Assembly: GCA_963827235.1 (NCBI GenBank)
Contig: CAWHAE010000010.1
Span: forward strand, 256,001-320,000
Source of the DNA: an uncultured bacterium
GTDB lineage: Bacteria > Chloroflexota > UBA5177 > JANWHV01
Reading direction: 5' to 3'
Length of the DNA: 64,000 bases
The notes beneath the pieces were generated by a model that was not told the origin of the DNA, did no database searches, and saw only the letters and a list, made by a program, of their open reading frames with translations. A program made the position numbers and the translations under genes. Numbering within the stretch: position 1 is the stretch's first letter; every line of letters begins with the position of its first letter. Of the stretch, positions 22,355 through 32,176 are shown piece after piece.

Positions 22355-24196
22355 TCACTTCACCGTGTAGGTCATCCTGTACTCGAGCGTGTCGCCGTTG
22401 TTGTCGGTCCCGACCACGATGAACTCGCCCTTGCCCGCACTCAGCGGCGAAGAGGTAGCTTCGGTAATAATGAGCGTATTGCCTTTCACCGCCGCGCTGG
22501 CCTGTCCCTCTCCTGTGGGATTGCCTTTGCTGTCCATCATCAAGACGCTGATCTCAAAGTGTGTTCCCGCGGGCAGCGCCGACTTGAAGGTCACCACAAT
22601 CGTCGGGGTTCTGGCAATTGTGCTGCCGGGGAACGGGCTGATGTTCGCAATGCCGGGCATGTCGCCTATCACGACCACCTTCCCGGGTATGGTGCGTGCT
22701 ACCACGGTCGGCGTGGCGCCCGCGGCGGGCGTGCTGTTTGCAGACGGCGCCGCGCTCACGGCGTACGTCCCCTCGTAGAAGACGCTGCCCCCGGTGTCGC
22801 TCGTCGCCCCGACGTACAGCGTGTAGGTGCCTGTATCCAGGACCGTCTTGGAGAAGCGCGTGACGCTGACCGTCTTGCCGTTCACCACTGGGGGCCAGAG
22901 TACGACCACCCCTCCCGGTCCCTTGAGCATGAACGACATGTACGCGTGCGCGGGCAGTGCATGCGCGAAGGTCACAGCGATGGTGCTGGCCGTGGCGAGC
23001 GTGCCACCCGGCGTCATGGAGATCTGCTCGATGCCTGGGATGTCGCCGCTGCCCGGCGCCGGCAGCACGCTGCTCGCGGCCGGCCCTGAGCCGCCCGGGG
23101 AGGAGAGCGCAGGTCCGTACACGGCTACCATGCTCGCGTCGTCGCCGCCGAACGTCGCCCGCAGCGCGCCGTACGCGGCGGTAGCCGTCAGACTCACGGA
23201 GCCCTCGACCGCCGAGCGGGTCAGTTGCTCGCCGACGGTCTTGCTCAGGTCTGCACCGGCGGCGTTGGGATTGACGCAGCGGCCCGGCTCGTTGGCCGTG
23301 TCCGTCTCGGCCGCGGCCGTGAAGCTGAGACGCAGACTACCCAGGGAGCCGCTATAGCTGAGGGTGGTCGCCGCCTGGCCTGCCTTGTTGGTGCCGGTGG
23401 TCAGACCCGCAGACGGCAGCGTATCGGAGGCAAAGTGGCTCGAGCCGGTGAGTCCAAGGGCAGCCGTTCCGGTGGACTGCAGGGTGAAGGTGATCCTACC
23501 CCCCTTTGCCGTCCTCGTGCCCTCCACCAGCAGGCCCTTGTTCGGGCCCAGCGACTTCGCGGCGGTGACACGCGTGAATGCAATGCTCTGGTCCGGGGAT
23601 GCGCTGCTCGCGGGCAGGCTGACATCCTGCCCGCTGTCGAGATTCACCTTGGCGCTGCTGAGCGGGGCGTTCACGGCCCCCTCCCACGGCAGCGAGAGGG
23701 CTAGGCGGCCGGTGGCGCCGGCGACCGCGCGCGTCACGGACCTTGCGGCGGTGCCCAGGCAGGGATCGGCGACAATCGCGAGCTGGGCGGGCTGTGCCGC
23801 ATAGGTCCACTGCACGCTGATGCGGCCGTAGCTGCCCAAATGCTGGCGCGTGTCCAGACCGGCACCATTGCCGGCGATCACCAGGTCGCTCGCCGGCACG
23901 CCGAACGTGAAATTGCTGCCCGAGGTGCTCGCGGCATTCGTGATCGCGAGTGCCAAACGCACCGTCTTGTCGTCGCCGCTGCGGCGCACGTCCAGGCGCA
24001 CGGTGCGGGCAGCTCCCTGGCCCGTGCCGGGGATCGTGCCGGAGAGGGAGGTCGCGAAGTCACTGCCAAGGGAAATCGGCGCGGCGACGTGCGCCATGGC
24101 GCCAGCTGCCTGCACGCTCGCCCGCGCGGGCATCGCGGGACCCGCGATGATGAGCAGCACGAGCGCAGCCACCCGGAGAAATTGTCGGTCACTCAC
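22355..24196 (-). CDS. Secreted Ser/Thr/Gly-rich protein with two C-terminal Ig-like repeats
   Basis: Signal peptide ending PARA; AAAGGAG RBS; duplicated motif GDIPGIEQISMTPGGT..IAVTFAHALPA / GDMPGIANISPFPGST..IVVTFKSALPA. Confidence 0.8.
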   Translation of the reverse strand: MSDRQFLRVAALVLLIIAGPAMPARASVQAAGAMAHVAAPISLGSDFATSLSGTIPGTGQGAARTVRLDVRRSGDDKTVRLALAITNAASTSGSNFTFGVPASDLVIAGNGAGLDTRQHLGSYGRISVQWTYAAQPAQLAIVADPCLGTAARSVTRAVAGATGRLALSLPWEGAVNAPLSSAKVNLDSGQDVSLPASSASPDQSIAFTRVTAAKSLGPNKGLLVEGTRTAKGGRITFTLQSTGTAALGLTGSSHFASDTLPSAGLTTGTNKAGQAATTLSYSGSLGSLRLSFTAAAETDTANEPGRCVNPNAAGADLSKTVGEQLTRSAVEGSVSLTATAAYGALRATFGGDDASMVAVYGPALSSPGGSGPAASSVLPAPGSGDIPGIEQISMTPGGTLATASTIAVTFAHALPAHAYMSFMLKGPGGVVVLWPPVVNGKTVSVTRFSKTVLDTGTYTLYVGATSDTGGSVFYEGTYAVSAAPSANSTPAAGATPTVVARTIPGKVVVIGDMPGIANISPFPGSTIARTPTIVVTFKSALPAGTHFEISVLMMDSKGNPTGEGQASAAVKGNTLIITEATSSPLSAGKGEFIVVGTDNNGDTLEYRMTYTVK

Positions 24197-24208
24197 GAGC
24201 GGCTCCTT

Positions 24209-25393
24209 TCATGACTTGGGGGGATTCTTGAGCGTAAGCGACCACGACTCGTGGATCGTGGTGGTCATGCCGCCGGAAGTCTTGGGCGGCGGGTCGTAGT
24301 CACCGCTGAGCTTGTACGGGTTCGGATTCTTGGAATCCATCTCACCCGTGATGACCTGCGCCGCGGCATCCCCTTCGCCGGACGTCCCCGGCGGAGTCAG
24401 CTTGTTGACCTTGCCGCACGGCGGCTTGGACCATGACAGGATCTTTCCGACCTCTGTTCCTTGACCGTAGACCGGGCCGCCGCCGGCTATGCTGATCGTG
24501 TATGTCCCGCTGCTCCGATCGACGCCGACGCCCACCTGTGCATCGAAACCGCCCTGGATCTGCCTCGTAGCGTCCCCCTCAGAGGTATAGGTGATGGACT
24601 GCAGCTTACCGTTGCATGAGTCCAGGTCCGGTGTCACCGCATGACTATGGCTATTCCACGTGTATTGATACTTCACCTGCGCGCTTCCGCCGCTGGCGTT
24701 GCCGGTAGATTTGGAGAGGCTGCGCGGCGGGACGAGCGAGACGCTCTCATACAGGTGGCTGGTGATCTTGAGGTCGGTGTCGCCGCCCTTCTGGTCCTCG
24801 ATAATGCTGATGCTCCCAACCCAGTAGGACCGGCAGAGCCCGACCGACAGCTTGTCCACGGCCGCGCCGGCGAGGTCAAGGAAAGCATCCGTCCCCTGGC
24901 CCGTGGCCGTGACCGAGCTCTTGTCGACCACGCTCCCCGTCGTGGTGTCCATCACGCTCACCGTCACCACGGCCACGTCGCCCATCATCGCGTACGACGG
25001 GACGACCACCGTGCTGGTTCCCAGCGCGCCCGCAATGCTCTGCAGCACGTCGGCCTCCTGTTCGGGTGTGGTTGCGCCCAGCAGCTCCTTCTGCTTCTCC
25101 TGACCCAGGACATTCGCCAGGTCCGCGCTGGTAGCGATACTGGCGCATGGGTACTTATTGGCCAGCTCCTGTGCCACGAGGAATTGGATCGCGTCGCTAA
25201 TGGCCTCCTTCTCGGCGGCGGACACTCCGGCGTCTGCCGTCCCGGTGACCGGCGGGATATACACCTGATCGGGACCCGGCGCCGCGTGCACCGGGGCGGG
25301 CCTGCCCCCGGCCGGTGCCCACGGTAGCGTGATGAGGACGAGGACCATGCCTACCAGCAACCGGACCCACCGGCTTCGCGCACGCAGTCTCAT
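24209..25393 (-). CDS. Secreted protein with a CsgG/TolB_N-like alpha/beta N-terminal domain
   Basis: GGAGG RBS; signal peptide; EKQKELLG...IAGALGTSTVVVPSYAMMGD...VTVSVMDTTTG pattern. Confidence 0.75.
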   Translation of the reverse strand: MRLRARSRWVRLLVGMVLVLITLPWAPAGGRPAPVHAAPGPDQVYIPPVTGTADAGVSAAEKEAISDAIQFLVAQELANKYPCASIATSADLANVLGQEKQKELLGATTPEQEADVLQSIAGALGTSTVVVPSYAMMGDVAVVTVSVMDTTTGSVVDKSSVTATGQGTDAFLDLAGAAVDKLSVGLCRSYWVGSISIIEDQKGGDTDLKITSHLYESVSLVPPRSLSKSTGNASGGSAQVKYQYTWNSHSHAVTPDLDSCNGKLQSITYTSEGDATRQIQGGFDAQVGVGVDRSSGTYTISIAGGGPVYGQGTEVGKILSWSKPPCGKVNKLTPPGTSGEGDAAAQVITGEMDSKNPNPYKLSGDYDPPPKTSGGMTTTIHESWSLTLKNPPKS

Positions 25394-25658
25394 TGCTCGT
25401 ACCTCCGTGCCATGCGTTCGCGGTCGTCCACGGCGGCAGCCAGGAACATGCGCCGCCTCTCGCGACCAATCCCTGCAACTCGACACCACGAGCATAGCGT
25501 GGCTGAGCCCGCTGCGCAACACATTGCCAATGCACGCAGGCTACTCAAAGCTCTGAACGGCGCGCATTGCCGCCGGTTCGGACCGAGTGCCGGTTGGTCT
25601 CCCTGACGCACCGCGGAAATGTTGCTGCAACCAAGACACTACATGAGCGGTTGGACGG

Positions 25659-26002
25659 GTGTACTGGACCTGGGACGACGACAAGGCGGAGGCCAACGCT
25701 ACATAGCACGGACTCACGTTCGACACGGCCCATTCGACGATCCACTGATCCTCTCCCGACCGGATCCGTATCCGGATGCAGCACGCTGGCAGACCACCGG
25801 TATGATCGGTGGCCTCGTGGTCGTCGTCGTGCACACCTGACCGGATGACGAGGATGAACCGGGGCGGATTATCAGCGCTTAGCGGTTGGATGCCGACGCT
25901 GTGGCTTGGTTCAAGGCACACGCCTCGAAGAGCGAGGGATACCGGACGGCGATCAACGGCGTGCTGCGCGTGTACGTCAGGGAGCAGGCGCGCTCTGCCT
26001 GA
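25659..26002 (+). pseudogene. BrnT toxin / BrnA antitoxin pseudogene
   Basis: WTWDDDKAEANAT*HGLTFDTA..FDDP..RWQTTGMIG..VVVVHT*..RIISA* joined to RLDADAVAWFK..GYRTAINGVLRVYV. Confidence 0.8.
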
Positions 26003-26360
26003 TCGGCGGCCCGTCTTGAAAAACGGTCATCAGCTCAGAGTGGTGCTCGAGTGCGTCATGGGCGCATTACAGCGTGCACAGCAGCGCCATGCACAGCCAT
26101 CGCGCCGAGAAGACTGCGGGTAATCACCCGGCGCACGTCGTACGCGGTGTTCGCAGTGGCAGGGGCATGGAGCTTGGCTACAGCTTCATGCATTGCAAAT
26201 TACCGCAGCCTCATCTAGTATTATCCCGCCACCGAGGTCAGCCCGGGAGACCCGTCAGTACGTCGTCGGTGCCGGATTTCTGTGGCATATGCGCTTTATG
26301 CCGAGCCTATGAAGAGGGCCAGTACACGCGATTCGCGATCGCCAATGAGGGTAGACAGCG

Positions 26361-26975
26361 GTGACGCTAGAGGCACAGCGACCGGTAGCAGCGAGCAACG
26401 AATCAGCCGTCCCGCGCGCCGGCGATAGCGATCGCGATCGCACGGCAGCTATACTGGCGCAAGCGTATGCGGAAGGCAAGCTGAGCGAGGGCGAGTTGGA
26501 AACACGCACCAACGCATGCTACGCGGCAATCTCGATCGCTGACCTTCAGAGCCTCGTAGTGGACGTGGCTGACAGGTCAGTTGGATCGCAGAGAGTACCC
26601 GCGCCCCCGCGCGTTCGAGTAGGCGCCTGTGCCTGCGACATTGGGGTGATCTTCGCGTTCACCATGGCATGCGGCGGACTGATCACGCTCCTACCCTTCG
26701 CTACCGGGCTCTTCGGCGCCGTGATTCTCATCGCCCCGCTCCTCTATCTCGCAGGAGTGCTGCCTGGAGGCACGCTGGGGCAGCGTGCATTCGGGCTACG
26801 GCTGGTAGAAGGAGACGGAACGCCACTCCGCTTTGGCAGACGCCTCACTCGCGTGATGGTCTGGCTGTGCTGCCTCGTCCTCCTGCCAAGCCTGCTCTGG
26901 ATCATATTTGACCCGCAGCATCAGGGCTGGCACGACAAGCTGGCGGGATCCCTGGTGTTCCAGGCAGCACGGTGA
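26361..26975 (+). CDS. DUF1707 (SHOCT-like) + RDD domain membrane protein
   Basis: RAGDSDRDRTAAILAQAYAEGKLSEGELETR; TLGQRAFGLRLV; QGWHDKLAGS. Confidence 0.85.
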   Translation: MTLEAQRPVAASNESAVPRAGDSDRDRTAAILAQAYAEGKLSEGELETRTNACYAAISIADLQSLVVDVADRSVGSQRVPAPPRVRVGACACDIGVIFAFTMACGGLITLLPFATGLFGAVILIAPLLYLAGVLPGGTLGQRAFGLRLVEGDGTPLRFGRRLTRVMVWLCCLVLLPSLLWIIFDPQHQGWHDKLAGSLVFQAAR

Positions 26976-27239
26976 CGCCCCTGGAGTGCTGCCCAGGACT
27001 CGCCTCATCATTATGCAGGCGCCGCGAGAAAGCGTGCCCGGCTCAGCCCACATGCTCGGATGCCGGGCTTCAGTGATTGCCAGGGGCGCGGATTCTTCAC
27101 GCGCCCACCCAAGGTACCGGTGGCCGGCTTTCGCTCTCCGGTAGCCCTCTGCCCAGCGGACGGCCGGATCGACGCCACAGCGGAACACCAGCCAGAGCTG
27201 CAAACCCAGTTCAGGACGAGCCCGCGCGCTCCGCAGTGC

Positions 27240-27521
27240 TTGCTCGATGCGCCCGCCCAGCGCATGTATCGCGAGCCGCTCATCGAATCGCTCTGGCCGG
27301 AGGGGACTCCGCCACCCATGCCCGCGGCCGGCACCGCCGCTGTGGGCGCGCCACCGTGGCATGCACTCCCAGCTACGTGCATTCCCCTCTGGCAGGCGGC
27401 CTTCGCCGAGCTTGCTGGATGGGACGCGGAGCAGGAGTTTGATTTCGGACTGGATGCGCTCCTGCAAAGCATCCTTGCTGTGGCGCCATCGCCGGCAGGC
27501 GCGACGGCAAGCACGAGATGA
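27240..27521 (+). pseudogene. Regulator relics (SARP-like wHTH fragment + TetR C-terminal fragment)
   Basis: LLDAPAQRMYREPLIESLWPE, then FAELAGWDAEQEFDFGLDALL. Confidence 0.4.
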
Positions 27522-27548
27522 TGGGCAAGATGATGTGACTGGCTTGAC

Positions 27549-28748
27549 TCAGCCGCCTTTCACGAGCGCCACATGGTACTTCATGCCCGACGCCATAATC
27601 TCGAGGCGACAGCCATGCGAGCAGTCCGTAGCCGGCCGAGCCGTGTTCGATCCCGAGACGGTTTGCGGGTCAAAGACGTTACGTCCATAGTCGTTGCTGT
27701 CGTGCAGAACCAGCGCGAACTGGGGGTCCGCGATCCCTTTGATCACGGTCCACTGGCTGCGGATGGTGAACGCGCCGGCAACCGTGAACTTGGGCGTCAT
27801 TCTGTCCATGTCGTTAGTGCCCGAGATGTCGAGCAGCGTGCCGGCAGGAAGCGCCGTTGGTGTCGGCGTCACGGGCTGGGCCTGCAGCACGGGCGGCTGC
27901 GTGCCCCGCTGGGTCGCGGTCTGCCCGGCACCAACGTTCACAGTCACGCCCGCAGTGCGTATCCACTCGGAGCCGCTGATGACGTGGAGCGTCGTGATCT
28001 GAGACTTGGGGTCGTAAGAGACCCAGAATTCGGTGTAGCGGCCGCCGAGGCTCGCGCGCTCAGTGCTGACGGGGAAGTCGTTATGTCCGCCGAATTGGCT
28101 GGTGATCGTCGCCCAGACTTTGCCGAGCGTCAGAGTGAGCGCGATTTTCCAGTTCGTCGTCCCCTCGTCGAACTTGCAGCCGGCCGGGACTTCCATGTTG
28201 GAGCCGGCCGTCATCCTGATCACGGAGTTGTCGCCCAGCGTCAACTCCACATCCTGGTCCGCTGCGATGGTCTGTCCCGGTGTCAGGTGCGTGCCCTTTA
28301 GATCGGCGAGGTCGCTCCGCGCGCCGCTCGGGTTGTCCACGCGCACGATCTCCGTCTCATCGTCCGTGCAGGGGTTCACCGGCCCAGCGCTCACAGTGAA
28401 CGCGTACAGCACGATATCCGTTGGATCCAGGTAGTAGACGAGTCGATAGTGCCCGGGCCGCTCAAACCGGTTTGCGCAATAGTACGGATCCGATGGGTTG
28501 CCCTGGCTACCCTGGTCCCCCACCTCCTCGAAGTAGTGCCACCCACCTGCAGCCCACACCTCGAACTTGCTCCACCAACCGTCCGGGCCGCACTTGCCGC
28601 GAAAGACGGTGCCTACCGGATACACGTGGCCGGGCTGGGGCACGATGCCGACGGCGAACGCCGTCCGCGTGCCGCCTAGCACAACGTCCGCACCGAGCAG
28701 TCCCGCCAGTAGGCACGACACCAGGGCCACGCGCAGCAGGGTCTTCAT
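27549..28748 (-). CDS. Secreted protein with a central FecR-like domain
   Basis: Signal peptide ending TAFA; VELTLGDNSVIRMTAGS...LTLGKVWA...VSTERASLGGRYTEFWV...LHVISG. Confidence 0.78.
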   Translation of the reverse strand: MKTLLRVALVSCLLAGLLGADVVLGGTRTAFAVGIVPQPGHVYPVGTVFRGKCGPDGWWSKFEVWAAGGWHYFEEVGDQGSQGNPSDPYYCANRFERPGHYRLVYYLDPTDIVLYAFTVSAGPVNPCTDDETEIVRVDNPSGARSDLADLKGTHLTPGQTIAADQDVELTLGDNSVIRMTAGSNMEVPAGCKFDEGTTNWKIALTLTLGKVWATITSQFGGHNDFPVSTERASLGGRYTEFWVSYDPKSQITTLHVISGSEWIRTAGVTVNVGAGQTATQRGTQPPVLQAQPVTPTPTALPAGTLLDISGTNDMDRMTPKFTVAGAFTIRSQWTVIKGIADPQFALVLHDSNDYGRNVFDPQTVSGSNTARPATDCSHGCRLEIMASGMKYHVALVKGG

Positions 28749-29074
28749 CGCTCCCCTCCCACCGGATACTTTTGGAACTCGGCAGAGCAGCCTCTGCCAG
28801 AGTACTTCCGGCCACCACAGTAGCCCAGCAAATGGCCGCAGTCAAGCAATGCTCCAGATGCTGTGCCCGTCCGAGTCGAATGTGCGCTGACCACGGGGGT
28901 TCGCGTGGCGTCGCCCTGCAGGCACTATGCGTGTGTATGAACGGGGAGCCGACGACATGTGTGACGACGGCTTCCTCACAGCCTGCCCAAGCGACGAGTT
29001 CGTTCCCTAACGCGCCTGTTGTCCGGTCACGGGAGGCTGATAGACCCAGATCCATCATCGTGGCAGGCTCGGAT

Positions 29075-30472
29075 CTAGACTGACGGAATTATCGGCGGTT
29101 CGGGCGTAGTACCCCATGCAAGGGAGCCAGTGAATACCGCGCCACCGTGCGGCCCATTCGCCACGCTCAGATCACCGTCGTGTGCTAACAGGATGCGGCG
29201 CGCGATGGTCAGCCCCAGGCCCGCTCCGCCGGTTTGGCGGTTGCGCGAGCCCTCGCCGCGATACAGTGGGGCGAATAGGTGCGGTACGTCCTCTGCCTTG
29301 ATGCCCGGCCCACTGTCGGCGACGGTGAATTCCGCGTGGTCGCCAAAGCTTTGCCAGCGTACCCGGATGGTCCCTCCTTCGGGAGTGTAGCGCCGCGCGT
29401 TATCCAGCAGGTTGCCCACCGCACGTGCCAGCAGATTCGCGTCGCCAGACACATGGCAGGGCTGTGCCGGCCCATCCCAGAGCAGCACGATCCCTTTGGC
29501 CTGGAGCTGTGGGTGCAACGTCTCAGCGGTATTCCTGAGCAGTTCGCCCAGGTCGAATGGTGCGTACACCGGCGGCTGTTCCAGGTACTCCAGTCGTGCA
29601 TAGGTGAACAGATCGTCAATCAGTCGTGCCAGGGCATCGGCACGCTCGCGGCAAATCGCCGTATACTTCGCCGCCTTCTCCGGCGTCGCGGCCAATCCTT
29701 GTTCCAGGCCCTCCAGGTAGCCGCGCAAGGAGAAGAGGGGTGCGCGCAGGTCATGAACGATTGCACTGATGAACAGGCGGCGTTCCTGCTCAATCTCAGC
29801 CTGTCGAATCAATGAGGCACTCAGCGCGGCGCCCATGGTGGCGAAGGCCGCCGAGACATCGGCGATCTCGCGGACCGGCGAGACGGGCAGGGTGACCGCC
29901 AGGTCGTTGACGGCGACTCGATGCGCGGCCCGACTGAGGATTGCGAGAGGCCGCTGCACTGCCCTGGCCGTGAATACGGCGATTGCCACCAACACGAGCA
30001 CAAGCGCCAGCAATCCGCCGGCCGGAAGCAGGTAGGCTGCTCCGAGGACGGGTGATTGCTCGAAGACCTCGACCGTGCCACGAATCTGACCACCGGCGCG
30101 CACCACAATCACCTGTAGCTGCCCATCCTCGGCGATCGCCGTGTGTACGCCACCGGCCGGCGCGGCGGCACCAGGATAGGCAGTTGCCGGCGCGAGAGGA
30201 TCCATCCCGCTGCGATAGATGGTGCGGCCCGCGCTATCACGGATCACCACGTCCACGCCCAGATGCCGCAGCGTGGCTCGCTCGCTCACCTGCCAGGCAC
30301 GATCGGCCCAACGGCTCGGGTGGGCGGTGAGGTCGTCGACTGCCGCATTGCTGGGGAACCTCAGATCCCGCGGTAGCAAGAGGCCAATGATGATGATAGT
30401 CAACACCGGGACGAGCACGAGCGCCAGCAAGGCGAGCGCCAGCCAGGTGCGCGTGGTCAGCGTCACCCTCAT
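29075..30472 (-). CDS. HAMP-domain sensor histidine kinase
   Basis: Two TM helices, HAMP, HDLRAPL H-box, NLLDNA, DSGPGI, GAGLGL. Confidence 0.95.
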   Translation of the reverse strand: MRVTLTTRTWLALALLALVLVPVLTIIIIGLLLPRDLRFPSNAAVDDLTAHPSRWADRAWQVSERATLRHLGVDVVIRDSAGRTIYRSGMDPLAPATAYPGAAAPAGGVHTAIAEDGQLQVIVVRAGGQIRGTVEVFEQSPVLGAAYLLPAGGLLALVLVLVAIAVFTARAVQRPLAILSRAAHRVAVNDLAVTLPVSPVREIADVSAAFATMGAALSASLIRQAEIEQERRLFISAIVHDLRAPLFSLRGYLEGLEQGLAATPEKAAKYTAICRERADALARLIDDLFTYARLEYLEQPPVYAPFDLGELLRNTAETLHPQLQAKGIVLLWDGPAQPCHVSGDANLLARAVGNLLDNARRYTPEGGTIRVRWQSFGDHAEFTVADSGPGIKAEDVPHLFAPLYRGEGSRNRQTGGAGLGLTIARRILLAHDGDLSVANGPHGGAVFTGSLAWGTTPEPPIIPSV

Positions 30473-31164
30473 TGGGGGATACCCTCAAAACGATAGCCGA
30501 CACCCCAAACAGTCACGACGTAGACTGGCTTCCTTGAATCCACCTCGATCTTCTCTCGGATGCGCCCGATGTGCACGGCGACCGTGTGACGGTCGCCATA
30601 ACTGCCCCAGAACCGTTCGAACAACTGATCGCGGGTGAATACCTGGCGAGGATTCTCCGCCAAGAGCTGCAACAGCGCGAACTCCCGTGCGGCAAAGGGG
30701 ACGACCTGTCCGTCTATGCGCACCTCTTGCGCTCGCAGATCCAGCACCAGCCGCCCAAAACGCATCTCGGCGGCAGCTTGGGACGGTGCCCCACGTTGGT
30801 AGCGCCGCAGCACGCTCTTGATCCGTGCTACCACCTCGCTGGGGGTGGCCGACTTGACGATATAATCGTCGCCGCCCAGTCCCAGCCCGCGGATCTTATC
30901 CATATCGCCATCGCGCGCGCTGAGGAAAAGTATGGGCAGATCGTAGGTCTCACGGATCTGGCGGCAAATCTCGAAGCCCGAGAGGCCCGGCAGCATCACA
31001 TCCAACAGCAGACACTGGATGGGACGTTGGGCGATCAGGTTCAACGCCTCAGCACCGTCCTGGGCCATTTCCACGGCGTAGCCCGCTGCCTCCAGGAAGT
31101 CGCGCAGCAGCTCGCGAACCTCCGGCTCGTCATCTACCACCAGTACAGTCGGTCGCTCTGTCAT
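30469..31164 (-). CDS. OmpR/PhoB-family response regulator
   Basis: LVVDDE, LLDVMLPG, GGDDYIVK, VHIGRIREKIE, TVWGVGYRF; overlaps the kinase start. Confidence 0.96.
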   Translation of the reverse strand: MTERPTVLVVDDEPEVRELLRDFLEAAGYAVEMAQDGAEALNLIAQRPIQCLLLDVMLPGLSGFEICRQIRETYDLPILFLSARDGDMDKIRGLGLGGDDYIVKSATPSEVVARIKSVLRRYQRGAPSQAAAEMRFGRLVLDLRAQEVRIDGQVVPFAAREFALLQLLAENPRQVFTRDQLFERFWGSYGDRHTVAVHIGRIREKIEVDSRKPVYVVTVWGVGYRFEGIPQ

Positions 31165-31301
31165 GCCGGCGAGTTTCCTTTATCACAGCACTCCCACCAC
31201 GAATCAACTCCCGGCCAGCCCCAGTCTCACGCCATGCCGTGGCGGAGTCGAGTGCTCAGACGGACTATGCAGAGTCATTTCATTCTCAAATTGCTCTGCT
31301 G

Positions 31302-31326
31302 TTGACACGCAATTGACAATTGCGTG
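31302..31326. promoter_or_regulatory. Probable operator between the two-component genes and the ABC operon
   Basis: Perfect palindrome CACGCAATTG-A-CAATTGCGTG (31306-31326) overlapping TTGACA repeats 11 bp apart. Confidence 0.6.
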
Positions 31327-31414
31327 ACGGGCTGTTGCAACCTGGCCACTACGATTGGAATCGTAGCAACCAGTGTCATGGATGGCACAGGGCGCAGGAA
31401 GGACTACCTCTATC

Positions 31415-32176
31415 ATGCACACATCGAGCGGGAGCGCGATGCCAGGAGTGACGAGTACCGCAGCAGTTGTGGCCATTGAACTACGCAAGAGTTTGCCGCT
31501 GGGCGGCGAGCGGTTGGAGATTCTCAAAGGTATCAGCTTTCAAATCCGGCACGGGGAGTTCGCCGCGATCATCGGCCCCTCTGGTTCGGGCAAGTCTACG
31601 CTGCTGGGCATCATCGCCGGGCTGGACAATCCCAGCGAGGGGCGAATCCTGATCGACGGCATCGATATTACCACCATGAGCGAGACCCGCCTGGCTACCA
31701 TCCGCAATCAAAAGATCGGCATGGTCTTCCAGTCCTTCAATCTGATCCCCACCCTCACCGCGCAGGAGAACGTGGAGGTGCCGCTCTACGTCGGCACGCA
31801 TCCAGGCCGCCCCTCGGTACGCGCCCGCGAGTTGTTGGCCTTGGTCGGACTGAGCCACCGCTTCGACCATCGACCCAACCAGCTTTCCGGCGGCGAGCAG
31901 CAACGGGTAGCCATAGCGCGTGCGCTGGCTACCAATCCGGCGCTCGTCATTGCCGACGAACCCACCGGCAACCTGGACGGCAAGAACGGGGCCAAAATGC
32001 TGGACTTGATCCGTGACTTGCAGTCCCAAACGAAGACCACCTTTATCATCGCCACGCACGATCCGGGGGTGGCCGCTGCCGCCGCGCATGTGATCACGGT
32101 GGCGGATGGGCAGATCGTCGCCGAGACCTTCGCCGACCAGGTCGACTACGCCACTCAGGGGGAGCGTCCGGTATGA
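31415..32176 (+). CDS. ABC transporter ATP-binding protein (LolD/MacB type)
   Basis: [33 protein letters not shown]; start could be 31373, 31415 or 31439. Confidence 0.95.
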   Translation: MHTSSGSAMPGVTSTAAVVAIELRKSLPLGGERLEILKGISFQIRHGEFAAIIGPSGSGKSTLLGIIAGLDNPSEGRILIDGIDITTMSETRLATIRNQKIGMVFQSFNLIPTLTAQENVEVPLYVGTHPGRPSVRARELLALVGLSHRFDHRPNQLSGGEQQRVAIARALATNPALVIADEPTGNLDGKNGAKMLDLIRDLQSQTKTTFIIATHDPGVAAAAAHVITVADGQIVAETFADQVDYATQGERPV

